A DNA stretch of 63,064 nucleotides, counting the filler, from Perkinsus chesapeaki ATCC PRA-425 (Eukaryota; Protista; Perkinsozoa), in the NCBI GenBank assembly GCA_013115145.1. It is 13 parts of 13 records of this genome, joined end to end, with 100 filler letters (N's around TTAATTAATTAA, not from the genome) between each part and the next. Parts side by side here need not be neighbours in the genome. Positions count along the whole stretch, not along the records: positions 10,216 to 25,046 come from JAAPAO010000741.1; 12 more parts are not named here. The stretch is one strand, 5' to 3'. The number at the start of each line of letters is the position of its first letter. Within the stretch, counting starts at the first letter, position 1. Positions 10,116-22,593 of this stretch are shown here, in pieces. Below the pieces are notes generated by a model. The model saw only the letters and a list, made by a program, of their open reading frames with translations. It did no database searches and was not told the origin of the DNA. Both the position numbers and the translations under genes were made by a program.

Positions 10116-11204
10116 NNNNNNNNNNNNNNNNNNNNNNNNNNNNNNNNNNNNNNNNNNNNTTAATTAATTAANNNNNNNNNNNNNNNNNNNNNNNNNNNNN
10201 NNNNNNNNNNNNNNNCACTAGACTAAAGTCGTTCCCACAACAGCCTCATAAATAACCGTCACGTAGAAATACAAATTCTCTTATGGCGTCGCCATAATGG
10301 CGAGGCAAAAGTCGTTGCCCCGGCGTAGAATGGATTTTCCCAGCCTGGTGAGCCCTCAGATTTTGATTATTAACAGCGGCATAGCGTAGCTGGAGCAATG
10401 CATGAATGACCAAGATTTGCAGGAAATCAATCAAAGTAAGACAGTGGCAGCTGTCACCGCCGACAACGATCTTCCATGTGGAGTCTCGACAAACACCCTC
10501 TCTCATTGTTACGCTGGTACGTGCTTCTTCAGTGGCCAACTTAAGATAGAAGTGCCTAATCGTGTATTGGCGATATCTATGATAATATCAAGTGTAGTTC
10601 GTACATTGGTCAAGCACGCAGGCGCAGAGGTTTTTGGTATCACGTTCACTGGTGAGAATCTCACTGTGAGAGTTGGTTTCGGTCCGACACTGTCGGCGAT
10701 TTAGCCGGGTTTTGCTCAAGCTGCTTGCTTACAAGACAAGCTGCTGATAAGCGCTTGCTCGGGCTAAGCAAGCCCTTGTCATATTTCTTCATACCCACCT
10801 TTGAGCAGGTTGTTAAATGGGGGAGATTCAGGTTACCTGGTAACCACTGGTAACTTACCACATCACTAATAATATAACAAGTTGATAATATCAACTTGAT
10901 ATTCCGTGATTTTACCGATTGTTCGTTTTCCGTGATATGACCATTTCATAATGAAACCCCACGTTCAGAGAAGTGAGACGGGCAGGCGTGGCGACTAGCA
11001 GCCGCCGGCTATTGGTTACAATTCGTAGGACATAAATTAGTTTATTCGCCGAAAAATCTTCAGAGCTAATATCAGATTCCTCTCCATCAGTATCGCCGTA
11101 CCGCCAGTCCTTCCAGTCGCCCTCAATCCAACTATACCAAGGCTTAGACTCATGATTGTAGTTACCACAATGGTCCTTCTAATAGTGCTTGGCACTGTTG
11201 CTTC

Positions 11205-14200
11205 TCAAGCCTTTGCTGTACCAACCCTTATCCTCCAATTGGTGTAATGGGAGTCGCCAGTGGCGACTCGCCACCTTATGCCATCGTTTATCATAGCTTT
11301 TACTGTATTCATACCAATCATCAATGATGATTCCTCATTGTAGCTGTTGTTGTTACCGTTACCACTACTCTTGGCATTGCCAACTTTGTGGTTACCTGTG
11401 GACCACAGACTGGGTGGTGTTGTTGCTGGGGGTGTTCGTGGAGTGAGGATCTGATCCTCATGATATGATTCATATCGTACAGTACAACATACAAGTAAGA
11501 CATCTTCGCCAGCGCTAGGTGAATTTCGCTCGATTACAAATGAGTCTTCGTAAGATGCTGAGGCAACACTGTTGCAGCCATAACAAGGATTTAACAATAA
11601 AGCCCAAGTTGGGCCAACTGGGCTGCCCAACATGAGTCAGTCAATGACTGACAGTCATTTCACACACACTATGCTTGGGCCAAGCAGCTTGGCTGCCTAG
11701 CCTAGGCAGCCGCGTCACGTAACCACCGTCAAGATCCAGCCGTTCTACCTCAGTGGTTATAATAATTATAATATAATTCTTACTTGAACATGCAGGCGGC
11801 TCCGGATCGATCCCTGGCAGTGAGAACTTCTCACTGAGAGCGCATCCGAGTCGGATGATCCGACTATCAAACGCACCAGATACATTGTCTATCCAAGAAT
11901 CAGCGCCCACAGAACGATGCTAGCTCAGTTGGGTGCCTCAAGTGTTGACTGCCACCAGCTAGAAACATCACATCAACATCTTTATTCTATAACTGGTCCA
12001 CTGGCTAATGAAGTACCTTGAAATACGCCTGGAAATTTACAGTACTACTACGACTCGGTAAATATTCGTAGCGCTGCGTGCTCCGAAGGAAGCTCCTTGC
12101 AAGGTCTGTAGCATAGTGTTGTTGAAGAAGTCTAAGACTTTGCAAGCGAAGCACTCCGATCGCCCCCAAAGAACTCTTGGTTGACCTGTATCTCTCTAGC
12201 ATATGGCGGGTCGCGTTATCCCCAGTGGCAGCCCGGGGGCTGGTACCGAAAATATAGTTCGCGGAACGTTGCTATGTCCGGTGTGGGGGCTCCGTTGGTA
12301 TCCAGCCTGCATCTTCGGAGTCAATATTGTACTATGTACCGACAGGTGACGGACGCGTCCGTCACAAACTCTCAAGACGCAAAACTCGAATATGCTGAAC
12401 GAAAGCATTTCTACAGTTAACCATTAGCAGACTTCGGCGCTGTTGCTGCTCGAGGAGGCAAGTTCTCCTTGGTATCGATACCATTCCATCCAGCGTCGTG
12501 AAACGCTACCTTCCTCGTATGAAGGTGTTCCAGCCAAGCTTTTTGCCGACCCTGAATACATACCCAGTTAGAAGTTTCAAAAATCATCATGGTATCTCAC
12601 CCAATCAGTTATCGGGCGCAAACAGTTTGGCAGGGACTCCAGAGCTGCGTGGCGAGTCTTCTCAGCTTCACTGCCGTCACGTGTGGCTTCTGTGTAATCT
12701 AATATACTCCGGACAAGGTGTCCTCCAGCTGGTCCTGTCATCTTAGGGTCATACCTGCCCACTTCATAATGATGATGAATGCCAGCTATCAACAGCTGCT
12801 GCTGCTGTTTACCCTCCCTCGGCGCAGCAGAGCACCTTGCCGTGGTCCAGGCATGATGCTACGTATGGGTATAGCCATCCAAACCTAATCGGTTGGGGCT
12901 ATCGTACTACTTCTTGAGATTAACCTACCACTCGGGAGAGAGCCTGCAGTCCATACCCGGCCCTTGGTACTTATACTGCGACTGGGAGTGGTCAAGTGCA
13001 TCAAATCCACAAAGCAATAGCTACAAACGTTACCAACATGAAGAGCATCATCGATGCTTGTTGCCATGAGACTCACTAAAACATCTGGTTTCCATTGTTC
13101 TAGAACTGGTCGTGTTATCTGTGTAACAACATCGGTGTACTCCCTATCACCATCCCCTTCTCTCATCTCGAAGTTTAAGTTCATTCCTCGGGCTCCTGAT
13201 GCTTGCCGACCTAACAAAGCTGATCAACCTGGCTACTATGGCAGCGTGTGACCTAGATCAGTATGGGCGCCTGTGCCCGGCATGATAATACCTCCATCAC
13301 GAGACTTGCCCCACCGATGTACCGACATATGTAGAACATCAGCGTCCCTATAGAACGCAGTCTCATTGCCATTACCATGATGCACCTGGTTTACAGAATC
13401 ATGACAATACATGCCGGGCAGCTCACATCAACATCGAGAATCGCGAACTTGATTTTCTTTCCCTCATGGATCGCCGCGGTCTGTGCCACCTTGATGGCGT
13501 ACGCAACGGCGTTTATGAAGCAGAAACCGAGGGACAGCTGAGGCTTAGCAATCTAACACACCGGGCCGGACAGGGCTACCTCATCCCCGGGCTGGATGTT
13601 CATGGACGACCCCATTAACGGGGCATTCTCCGACATCTCCGACATACCACCGTCAGAGTCCAGTGCATCATCATCCAGCTCAGAACTGGCCAGATTCATT
13701 CCTGGTAGCACTGAGGAGCAACACACAGTCCACTCACAACTTGGTGGAGCCTCGTCACCTGACTCGTCGCCAGAGTGCTCGGCCGCAAATGAGGCCACGA
13801 ATGCCCTCATTTCATCAGCCTCCTGTGGCTTAATGAGCCCAGGAGTCTCCAAGCAGACCGGACAGTACCTTTACAACCGGAAGGTTATTCCGAGGCCCGT
13901 TCGGATTAGACCTCCCATACCAGTTTCGAGAAGCAAACTCGGGCTTCTTAAGTATGGATTTGGGTAGAGGGTCCGGCAGGCAGTATACATGCCAGCTCTT
14001 GTCACAGCCCTCCCTGTCGCAATTTAACATGTAGTCCTTGTCGCCGTGCTCCTGGCACTCCTCACATCTGAAAGATCAAAGCCGTGGAATCACAGCCGGA
14101 GATGGAGTATCGTACGTGGCATCAATTAGGAACCCCTCGGCAGTCCTCGCTCCCTTGTTCTTTGGTGAGTTCATAAATTTTACAGCGGAGGCTTCAAGTG

Positions 14201-16642
14201 CGTTCAATTCCGGCATATCCTGACATCACCGATGCCACTAGCACCGAAGACGGAGACCAATGGCTCACATCTTCTGGGTGGATATCCTCCGACTTTACCC
14301 GATAGGGGACATGATGGCATGCCGGCCGTGCCAACACGAAGGCCGTGGGAGCACTTCCGGACAGGACCTGTGTATCGAGGCATCATCGCGTCGGTGTCTG
14401 ACCAGAGCCTGGGTGGTTGCTCACCGCAACTAGAGCGTCCCGCATCATACCGCAGCGGAGGAGGGCAGCCTTCAGAGTGTAGGGGTCCATGCAGCACTCC
14501 CCGGGCCATAGGGTCAGCGCTCGGCAAATTAATCGGGCGCACCGCTTCGAGCAGAGATCCACAACCTGGTGGGCGGCAAGTGTAGGTGGCTGATCATGAA
14601 TCGGCTCTTTTACTGGTAGCTCGCTGTCTGGTATCTCTTCAAGAGGCTTGTCTTTAAGTTCTACTTGTTGTTGAAGATAGTTGTCAATCGAGACCAAGTC
14701 AGAAAGGTATCGTTTAGAGTGAATATTAGTGACCAAAACCTAAACGAGCGATGGCTCCCTACCGCTCGCATAGGAGGAGGAGGAACGCTCACATCCGAAA
14801 CCGTCACAGCATTGGAAACACTGTCGGCCCACGCGCAAGAGTCCCAAAGAGATGTCTTGCAGTCGGGAACAATGTAGCGCTTCCTAGTCTGCAGCACCCG
14901 CTTGATGCTCAGGACCCACCTGAGCCCCAATGACCGAAGGCCGAGGATTGACAGCAGCAGCAGGTCCTACTACCTGCCGTGCTTGTCTTGAGCTCCTCCA
15001 TTGTGTTTTATGAATAATGGGTTATATAACAATAATGGTATATCTATTGGCCCATCACTCACCAAGTCGTACACGGACCTAAGTGCCGCCGCCCTTATCA
15101 ACCGGAACTGCTGCTGCTGCTGCCCGAGGAGTCTCACTTAGCAGGAAGATCATCCCGGTCAACCCATTGTCCAGCCCGAGGGACACGTTCGGTTGTAGCG
15201 AGCTTCCGGAGTACCTTAATAACGATTGTCTCCGGCGTGGTGAGCCGCTGCCCACCTTTGGCCGCGTCACAGGCGGTGATTTTAATTTACGCTTTCTCGA
15301 AGCGATGCTCTCATCCTCTTCAGAGGAGCTCGACGAAGGGCTAACCCCGAGGAGTGCCAAGCAACAACAACGACTGCTGCTGCTGCTGAGTTCACCTTGA
15401 AGGATATTCCGCTATTTTCCTATCAGCCAGGCGCCGGTCCTGTGGGCTGAGGTCCGAGGCCTGGTTCCGGACGATGATGCGGCGCACCGCCGTAACCGAG
15501 CAATGCTCGCTCTCGCCATCCTCGTAGCGTATGTAGAACCCCAAGCGAGGCCCATACCTGCGCCGCCGCCTCAGATGACCCTAATGCCGGCGGAGGCAGT
15601 ACCATCTAAGAATCTTCCCGTATATGGCAGTGCCACTGAATGTTCGTTTGACATAGCGTCCGATGAGCGACCGAGGGTCTGCTGCATCCGCCACCGGCTC
15701 ATTCCAAAACTGCGGCTTAGCAGGCCTGTGGAAGATCGTCATCTTCAGTCCTGGCAGCCCTCCAGCTCCGGCGGCGCACCTGCCGTCCTCTGGTGTGTAG
15801 TCTTTGTGTCTTTCAACTATTTGCAAGTTCCTTTCCCTCACAAGAACATGCTTATCCGGCACACCATGCAGACGTACCACCCATCTGACAGATGACAACA
15901 CCTCAGCTCCGACTGAATCAATAATAGACGCGAAAGATATTGACGAAAGACAGCTACCTTTCGCACCCACCCCATCCATAAGGCATACAGGCCCCCAAGA
16001 CTCCCTCCTACCTTTCACTGTCCATATGCCACTTTTCCACCGTACATTGTGCACCGTTATATTCTCCATGGAGCAACAGACCAACAATGCGGGCTTTACA
16101 ACCTTGAACCAAGCCCCTGTGAACTCCATTACACCAAAGCCTACACCTTTGTGAATGTCCGCTTCCCCAGGTGCCGTCGAGGCCGTAGACTCGGTTTGTG
16201 GGTCCAAAAGCTCGAGATTGACCGAGTGGAGTCTGATTCGCTGAGGCTCCTCCTCCGGGAGACTACCTGAACCACCCACTAATGCCATCCCATTTGCCAC
16301 ACCGCGGACCTCTATGGGGATGGAGCTCTTTTAAAGTGAATACTACATATCCATCGCCTTGGACCTATCCGTGAGGAGAGAGCTATTCTGCTATTTGAGC
16401 AGTGCGACCCACCTCATCAACAAGCCCTATTCGACCATTCAACCACTGGTTCCGGGGGTGCTTCAAGCCTGCTATTTTAGCCCGAGACCCGACTACAATG
16501 CCTGGCTCTTCGGTAGATGTGGCCATGGCTACCACCCTATCCATGTATCCCTTTTTCATCAACATACAATAACTCAACACTATCGAATTCACCGCAACGG
16601 TTTTACCCTTTTCCAATCAGCGGCAGATGATTCAGATACCAT
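11205..16642 (-). CDS. Large multi-exon class II-type histone deacetylase with N-terminal SH3/Tudor-like segments and an internal PHD finger; both ends approximate
   Basis: Spliced motifs in order: LLYNPLFIKH (about 15030), IHSKRYL, AFVLARPACHH (HH at 14311-14316), PHD CEEC..CDREGC..HVYC..WYCPVC (13853-14066), LGFCFINAVA (GFC at 13520-13528), AILDVD|VHHGNG, MNLNF..GDREY, KPDVL|LLLCGFDALD, KVLCCAEGG|Y. Splice-compatible continuity upstream to the Tudor-like LIGRYVKRTFSGTAIYGKILRWY segment (about 15585-15655). Confidence 0.8.
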
Positions 16643-16719
16643 TGGTATCATATGGCATCTAGCTAATGGCTTCGGCGGCACCGTAGTACAGGTATCGGCT
16701 GTAACGTCGCTGCTGCTGT

Positions 16720-17216
16720 TTAGCTCTGGGCAATGGTGACCTCGACATCTACACCGGGCTCGATGAAGATGGAAGTGATCTCCTTAACAACCTTGGGGGT
16801 GGCCTGGAGGTCGATGAAACGCTTGTGGATGCGCATCTCAAATCTGAAAGGATATAGCTTAATACACTATAAAAGCTGGAGAAGGATTCGGTATTAAATA
16901 ATACTTCCACCAGAGCCCAATAATATTACCTGTCCCAGGTGTTGGTACCCTCACCATTGGGAGACTTACGAGTGGTGATCTTGAGGACCTTAGTGGGCAT
17001 GCGGACAGGGCCGGCGACGGTGAGCTCGTTATCGTGAGCACCGGTCATCAACTCGGAACAGACTAACAAAACACTATTCGAGTGTCATAAACCGCAAACA
17101 TTACCCTTTTCCAAGGCCTTAACGTTCCTAGAAGTGAGAGTGATACGGATATGGTGGAGGGGCTCCTCGACGGGGACCTCCTCGAAACCTTTCTGGGCGC
17201 TCTTGGGAGATGCCAT
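16720..17216 (-). CDS. RPS20: 40S ribosomal protein S20 (uS10); exons 17216-17105, 17062-16930, 16843-16720
   Basis: [37 protein letters not shown]|[44 protein letters not shown]|[41 protein letters not shown], with two GT-AG introns. Confidence 0.96.
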
Positions 17217-17674
17217 GCTGAAAAGGACACATAATCACACCGCAACCAGGCGGTAAAACACTCCAAATAGCAGCAGTAAACGGACGGCTAAGTCACCTAT
17301 GATCGCACTAAGGCTACTGGAGCCCACAACAGTGACGGATAGAAGGGTGATGAGCTACAGAAGCCCTTTATTATTACCTCAACTGAGTGGGAAGGGGAGT
17401 TGCGTAGAATCAGTTCGCCATGAAGGGCGTCGAAGGCGCTGCGCCATTTTGATCGATTTGGTGCATATTCGCTAAATGAAGCGCTCGCCCCAACGAGAGA
17501 TCACAACGATGTTGCGCTGTAGCATTCAAGCACTGCCGCCGCCATCTTCGACGGTAATTAACAAGGATGCCTTTTTGTGCACTTAACAACACCACAATAG
17601 CGAGAGGGTAGTAGGATGTAGAAAAATGAGGAGGCTGCTGATGCTGATGCTGCCATAGTCATTAATGATGATGT

Positions 17675-20600
17675 TTACAACAAAGCATCCACATCATCAG
17701 CAAATCTCGATTGGTATCCTCGTTTGACATTGGTCTTAGATTTGGCCTTGGTGCCGCGATTGGCGGGATCCTTGACCTTGTAAATGCGGACAATCCAGTT
17801 CTCAGAGGTAAAGACCTCGTCAAAGTACTTAGGCTTCACATCGGGGACACCTGAAACAACGGCAAGTCAGCAGCAGCAGCAGCAGCCGACTAGCTACCAA
17901 TTTGCTGCCCTCTCGCAGCATCGTAACCTCTGGAGATCTCGGCGGCCCTGTGATAACACAGCTTGTACATAACAGAGCTCTTCATCCTGGGCGTGGCTGA
18001 TTGATCAACTCTATATCTGATAGAAATGACATGTACTTAGACAGAGCGAAGGACCGCCGCCGACCCTTGGGGACCGATGAAATCGGATTCTTGTACCAAA
18101 TCGGGGTAGACTCCAGCCCCGATACGAATCGGCCAGAGGAACTTATTTATATCATCACCAGAGTACTGGGAGACGCCGCCATAGAGGACCTGAACCGAGA
18201 TGGCCATGTCCCAATAAAGGTCGGGTATCCTACCAAGACATAGTCAACATCCAAACGCCTGAGTATAGGAAGAGCGTTCTCTTCGGTTGAGGCCAGCACT
18301 AGACCGACTGTGGCGATGTGAGTGTTGTTCCAGGTGTTGTTATCAACCAAAACCTAAGGAGGAGGTAGGGCATTGACGAATCCACATTCGAGGCATCTTA
18401 CCGTTCTGTTGCCCATGACGGTGATCTGGTAGCCATAGTCCCACCAACTCAGGATCTTGCTGTCTTGAGGAGTGTTCATTCTAAGCCAGTAGTAGGCCTC
18501 TCTGAAGTCATCTTGAATCAGACGGGTCCCGTCACGTAATTGATCTGAAGATGTCCATAGTAGATAGCACAAGTCCTACTAGCAGATCCGTCCTTACATG
18601 ACATGACGATGCTCGGGGAACTGTAGGCCATAGACGAAGTGAACACACAGTGCTTGATGTAGTTGGTGCCTGAGAGCAAGCAGCAGCAGCTGCTGCTTGA
18701 TACCAGGCGGAGTCGGTCTTACATTGGTAACCGAGAACCCCTAGAATAGCGAGGGCCATAAAGCGCGGCATCTGATGGCATAAAGATGGAACAGTAGGAT
18801 GCAGGGTAACCTACATAGGGCAACTTGGAGCCACCGCCACTCTTCTTGGCGCCAGGGCCCTCAACATGGTCATTGAACGAACGGAGGTATCTTAAATGGG
18901 ACAGGCGTAGCTGCTGGATGGATTAGAGATATGGGGGCTTACGGCATAACTGAGGAGGCTACCACAGAGGCACCTACACCAGCCAGGCACGAGGCAGCAG
19001 GGGCTAGGACCTGTGCACGGATTGGAGGTTATTCAGTGCAGAGGATGGGTTACCAGGAGGAGACGAATCATAACTCCAGAGAAGTATACTGCCAGTATAC
19101 CATAGACCCCAAGAAAGAGCGAACCATCGGAGAGTCGACGCATGCAGTAGTACCTAGGGGAGGTTGGTGGTGATAGGGGAGGGATGGGGTGGAGATTACA
19201 TGCCAATGGGGGCCAAGAAGGGCAGGCAGTGGAGATCCATAACGTAGTTGGACCATGAAGTTGGCTGATGCTCCGAGACGGATGCAATAATAGGAATGTA
19301 CCTGATTGCTCCAACAGGTCTACACACACCAGCAGCAGCACCGTGCTTACTTTGAGGCGTAGGTTGGGTCGAGTAGCGTCATACTCCTTCCGGACCAGGC
19401 CGTCTCTGAAGAAGGTCTCACTAATAGTGACATAGTAAAGGTGCAGCTTACTTCCCGTGAGAGTTAGGTAGGCGAAGAGACCTACGAACCCTAATGCAGC
19501 TGCTGCCACCATTAGCTTTCCCATAACCTGAATACAACAGAATAAGATACTCATTGTTGTCGGTGTTGGTGATGTTACCGCAAAGGCCCCCTCTGGAAGG
19601 ACCTTTCTGAGATACCCAACTAGCATGTAGACCGAACTGACTATGAACATGCCGTGGGAGGCCATATGCTCACTCGAAGTGATGGCCTGGAAGTTAACGA
19701 ATGGGATGTTAAGGCAGAACATAGTGCCGATGATGTAAAAAACGGTGTACCTGTGGAAGAGGAGGAGAAGATAACCACCGAGGAAGGCGCTAACTGATGC
19801 TTACGCCACGTAATGTCTCTTGTTGAATTTACCCAATATTAGCAAAGCAAACACATAGATTGATACCGTATTGGTGATGAAGACATATCCTCCCCATGAG
19901 GCCACCATATAGAAGTATCTAACAACAAGGCATGGTCAGCAGCGGTAGCAGGAGATAGGGCTTACGCAACGGCGGCCAGCATCGACCACAGCATGCTACC
20001 GGTGTTCACGGCCTTGACAAAAACCTGAATAAAATATAGCGGGAAGGGATAGGGCAAGAAGCCATACGTAAAAGGTGTTGGTCAGCGCAAAGATTGCCAC
20101 TGCCTCATTATCGTAGGAGCCCGCAACAGAGCGAGAAAGATACGATGGACATATACCCAAAAAAATGGCGCTGAACAGACCGGCTTCCGGACGCCCTGAA
20201 CGCACAAATTCAGAACAACGGCAAAGGCGAGCGACGGGAAGCGTCGTACCTGTGACCTCCTTGGTGAGGAGATAGGCAGCGATGGCAGTGAAGGCTGAGA
20301 ACACTGGAGCCATGAAAACACATACGTTACGGATATTGACGCATATACCAAAAAAGTTGAGGACCTACAAGAGAGGATGAATGTGAGCATTGGGTGCAAT
20401 AAGGTACCCCGTGAAAGACAGCAGATGTAGTCATGAGGCCAGGGTACAGGGTCTGACCGATCACACGGCCTAGTGGATACCTACGGCGAAGGGATACTAC
20501 TGATACGGCTGGTGGGAAGCCTTCTTACCAGCTGCCATTGTCGAACCAATTCCAAAACTCATAAAACCCTTCTCTAGTGAGATACTCTGTGGTACGGTAG

Positions 20601-20935
20601 TTGAAGTATGGGTCGAACTCATGGATAACAGACTCGTATCTAGAAACGGAGGATTACGGAAAGCCAGCAACAGCAGGAGTGGGTGATGTGGACGCACCGA
20701 ATGACAGCAAATAAGCGGATGAAGAAGCATACTGTGCAGATTAAGGCGAGTATCTGAATGAAACGGCCGTACAAACTAAACCAGGCAACGGGTCTCGATG
20801 CCCTACAACTTTCTCTATCACGGGGGACCATCGGCGGCCTGTCTTCTGAATGGTCCTAGTTGCCTCGTTCTTAAGCACTGTATCCAAGATCATATCCACC
20901 TCATTGCTCGGTGCTTGCTCTGTTACCGTAGACAT
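17675..20935 (-). CDS. STT3: Oligosaccharyltransferase catalytic subunit STT3, multi-exon
   Basis: [69 protein letters not shown] (WWDYG motif), [33 protein letters not shown]. Stop at 17675-17677. Start at 20935 is tentative. Confidence 0.95.
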
Positions 20936-21138
20936 TCTGGTGGTCGAAAGGGGAGCTTAAAGACCACTGATAGAAGAGGTAATCCCATACATACGCAACG
21001 ACACGAGATAACGACCGAAACGACAAGTCGGTGGAGACTTGGAGTGATAGACCAGAAATGAGTACAACGAAAGCAGACGCGTATCGGTACAGCTAACAGA
21101 AGCAAATAGTGGGATATGATCAGGTCTCTCGAGAGGCG

Positions 21139-22130
21139 TCATAAATAGTCCATTTTAAGCTGCAGTAGATCTCGCTTAAGATGCTTTTCTCCTTCAACAT
21201 CAGATCCCCACGACCTGGCCACATACACCCGTCTAGCATTTTTATCGTCAACTTCAATGGATAGGACCCCTCGCCAAACACCCACGTCACAGCCGCACAG
21301 CACACTGCCGCTTACAAGGTCGGCGATAAATATATTCCGGCCGTAGCTGCCTCCCAGACATGCCAGACGACCCTCAGCGAACATACGGCACTCCATCACG
21401 CATCTGATGGGAAGCACTTTTGCTTTACTCGCCTCAAGACCGGCAGTGAAGGTGTTCAGGTAGACGCCTTTGTCTTGATAGAGACAGCTGTAGAGTAAGC
21501 GGATCCTGCCGGACCGCGGGGACTGATAGACATCGAAGGACCACACTCTCCAGTGTGTTTGTACGATCTCATCGCACTCCCCACTCATAGTATCAATACG
21601 GTAAAGCGTATCACCAACACCACTGGACGAGACGCCTTCATCGATGGCAAAAAGATAACCTTGAGAGTATCTTAGACAACCCCATCGATGCTTGGTTGGG
21701 GATTTAAAAGATGAGGGGTAGACGCCACTCGGCCTTGTGATGGGGACAACTCCAGACCTACCCGAGGACTTAAGCCAGTAAATTGCGTCAGCTGAATTGA
21801 AGAAAGTGAGTCCCGAACCGTCGGTGCATATGCCAATGGACGTCGTAAGCGTTTGACTGGTGACCGGCCCGAAGTATCCAAAATCACAGAGGACCTTTAA
21901 AGGTTCCAAAGTTCTCGGGCATACGGTCATAATGCTGTTATTGCAGCGTCCAACCAACACCATCTTGCCACCATGGTCGAAGATTAACCCACCAAATGCC
22001 CAGACCCCATGGGAATCAGTGGTGCAGTGGCCTAGTCTGAGAGATGAGGGCTGTCGCCTTTTATTCAGGTAACCCCATATCGCCACTAACAACTCAATGG
22101 GAGCATCTGGTAGACTTAGACACCGCCGAG
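21139..22130 (-). CDS. Hypothetical protein with an F-box-like N-terminal motif and a probable beta-propeller-like body; true start upstream and unresolved
   Basis: 317-aa ORF. The frame extends upstream as ..RRCLSLPDAPIELLVAIWGYL (F-box-like), followed by many short beta-strand-like segments. Confidence 0.55.
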
Positions 22131-22593
22131 CCAGATAAGCCAGTTCATATACCTTATATCGCTGATGATGGCTGGAGGCAGCTGCTGCTCCCGCGGGTGC
22201 AAGAGGGTAGCGCCGCAGACTTGCCAGATTATTAGGCAGTTGTAGGAAATACTACCTTTAAAAAGCGCTGAGAACTGGATGGTATTGAAGGCACTTATAC
22301 ACAAGACGGTCCCATAGACGGGATTAGTAGAAGCCCACTTGATCATAGGCAGTGCGTGCTGTGCATTAACGGTAGTGATGAGGATGATGCTGTTGAGTCA
22401 ATTTGTCAATGGTATTATGCAGTCAGTGAGTGCCTATGGCACAGCAACAACTTCAACTTCTTGGTTAGTAGATGCCTGACAGAATGGCCAGGGCTCGCAG
22501 GGGGGGCGTAAGCTCAATATTGCAGAGCTGAGTACAGCAGCAGCAGGATCAGAATTGGATAAAACTAATATCTTAACGACAACAGTAGTCATC

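Noticed and set aside
10216-10900. Short ORFs on both strands at the start of the fourth contig
   Set aside because: Possible exons of a truncated gene, but neither strand nor product could be supported.
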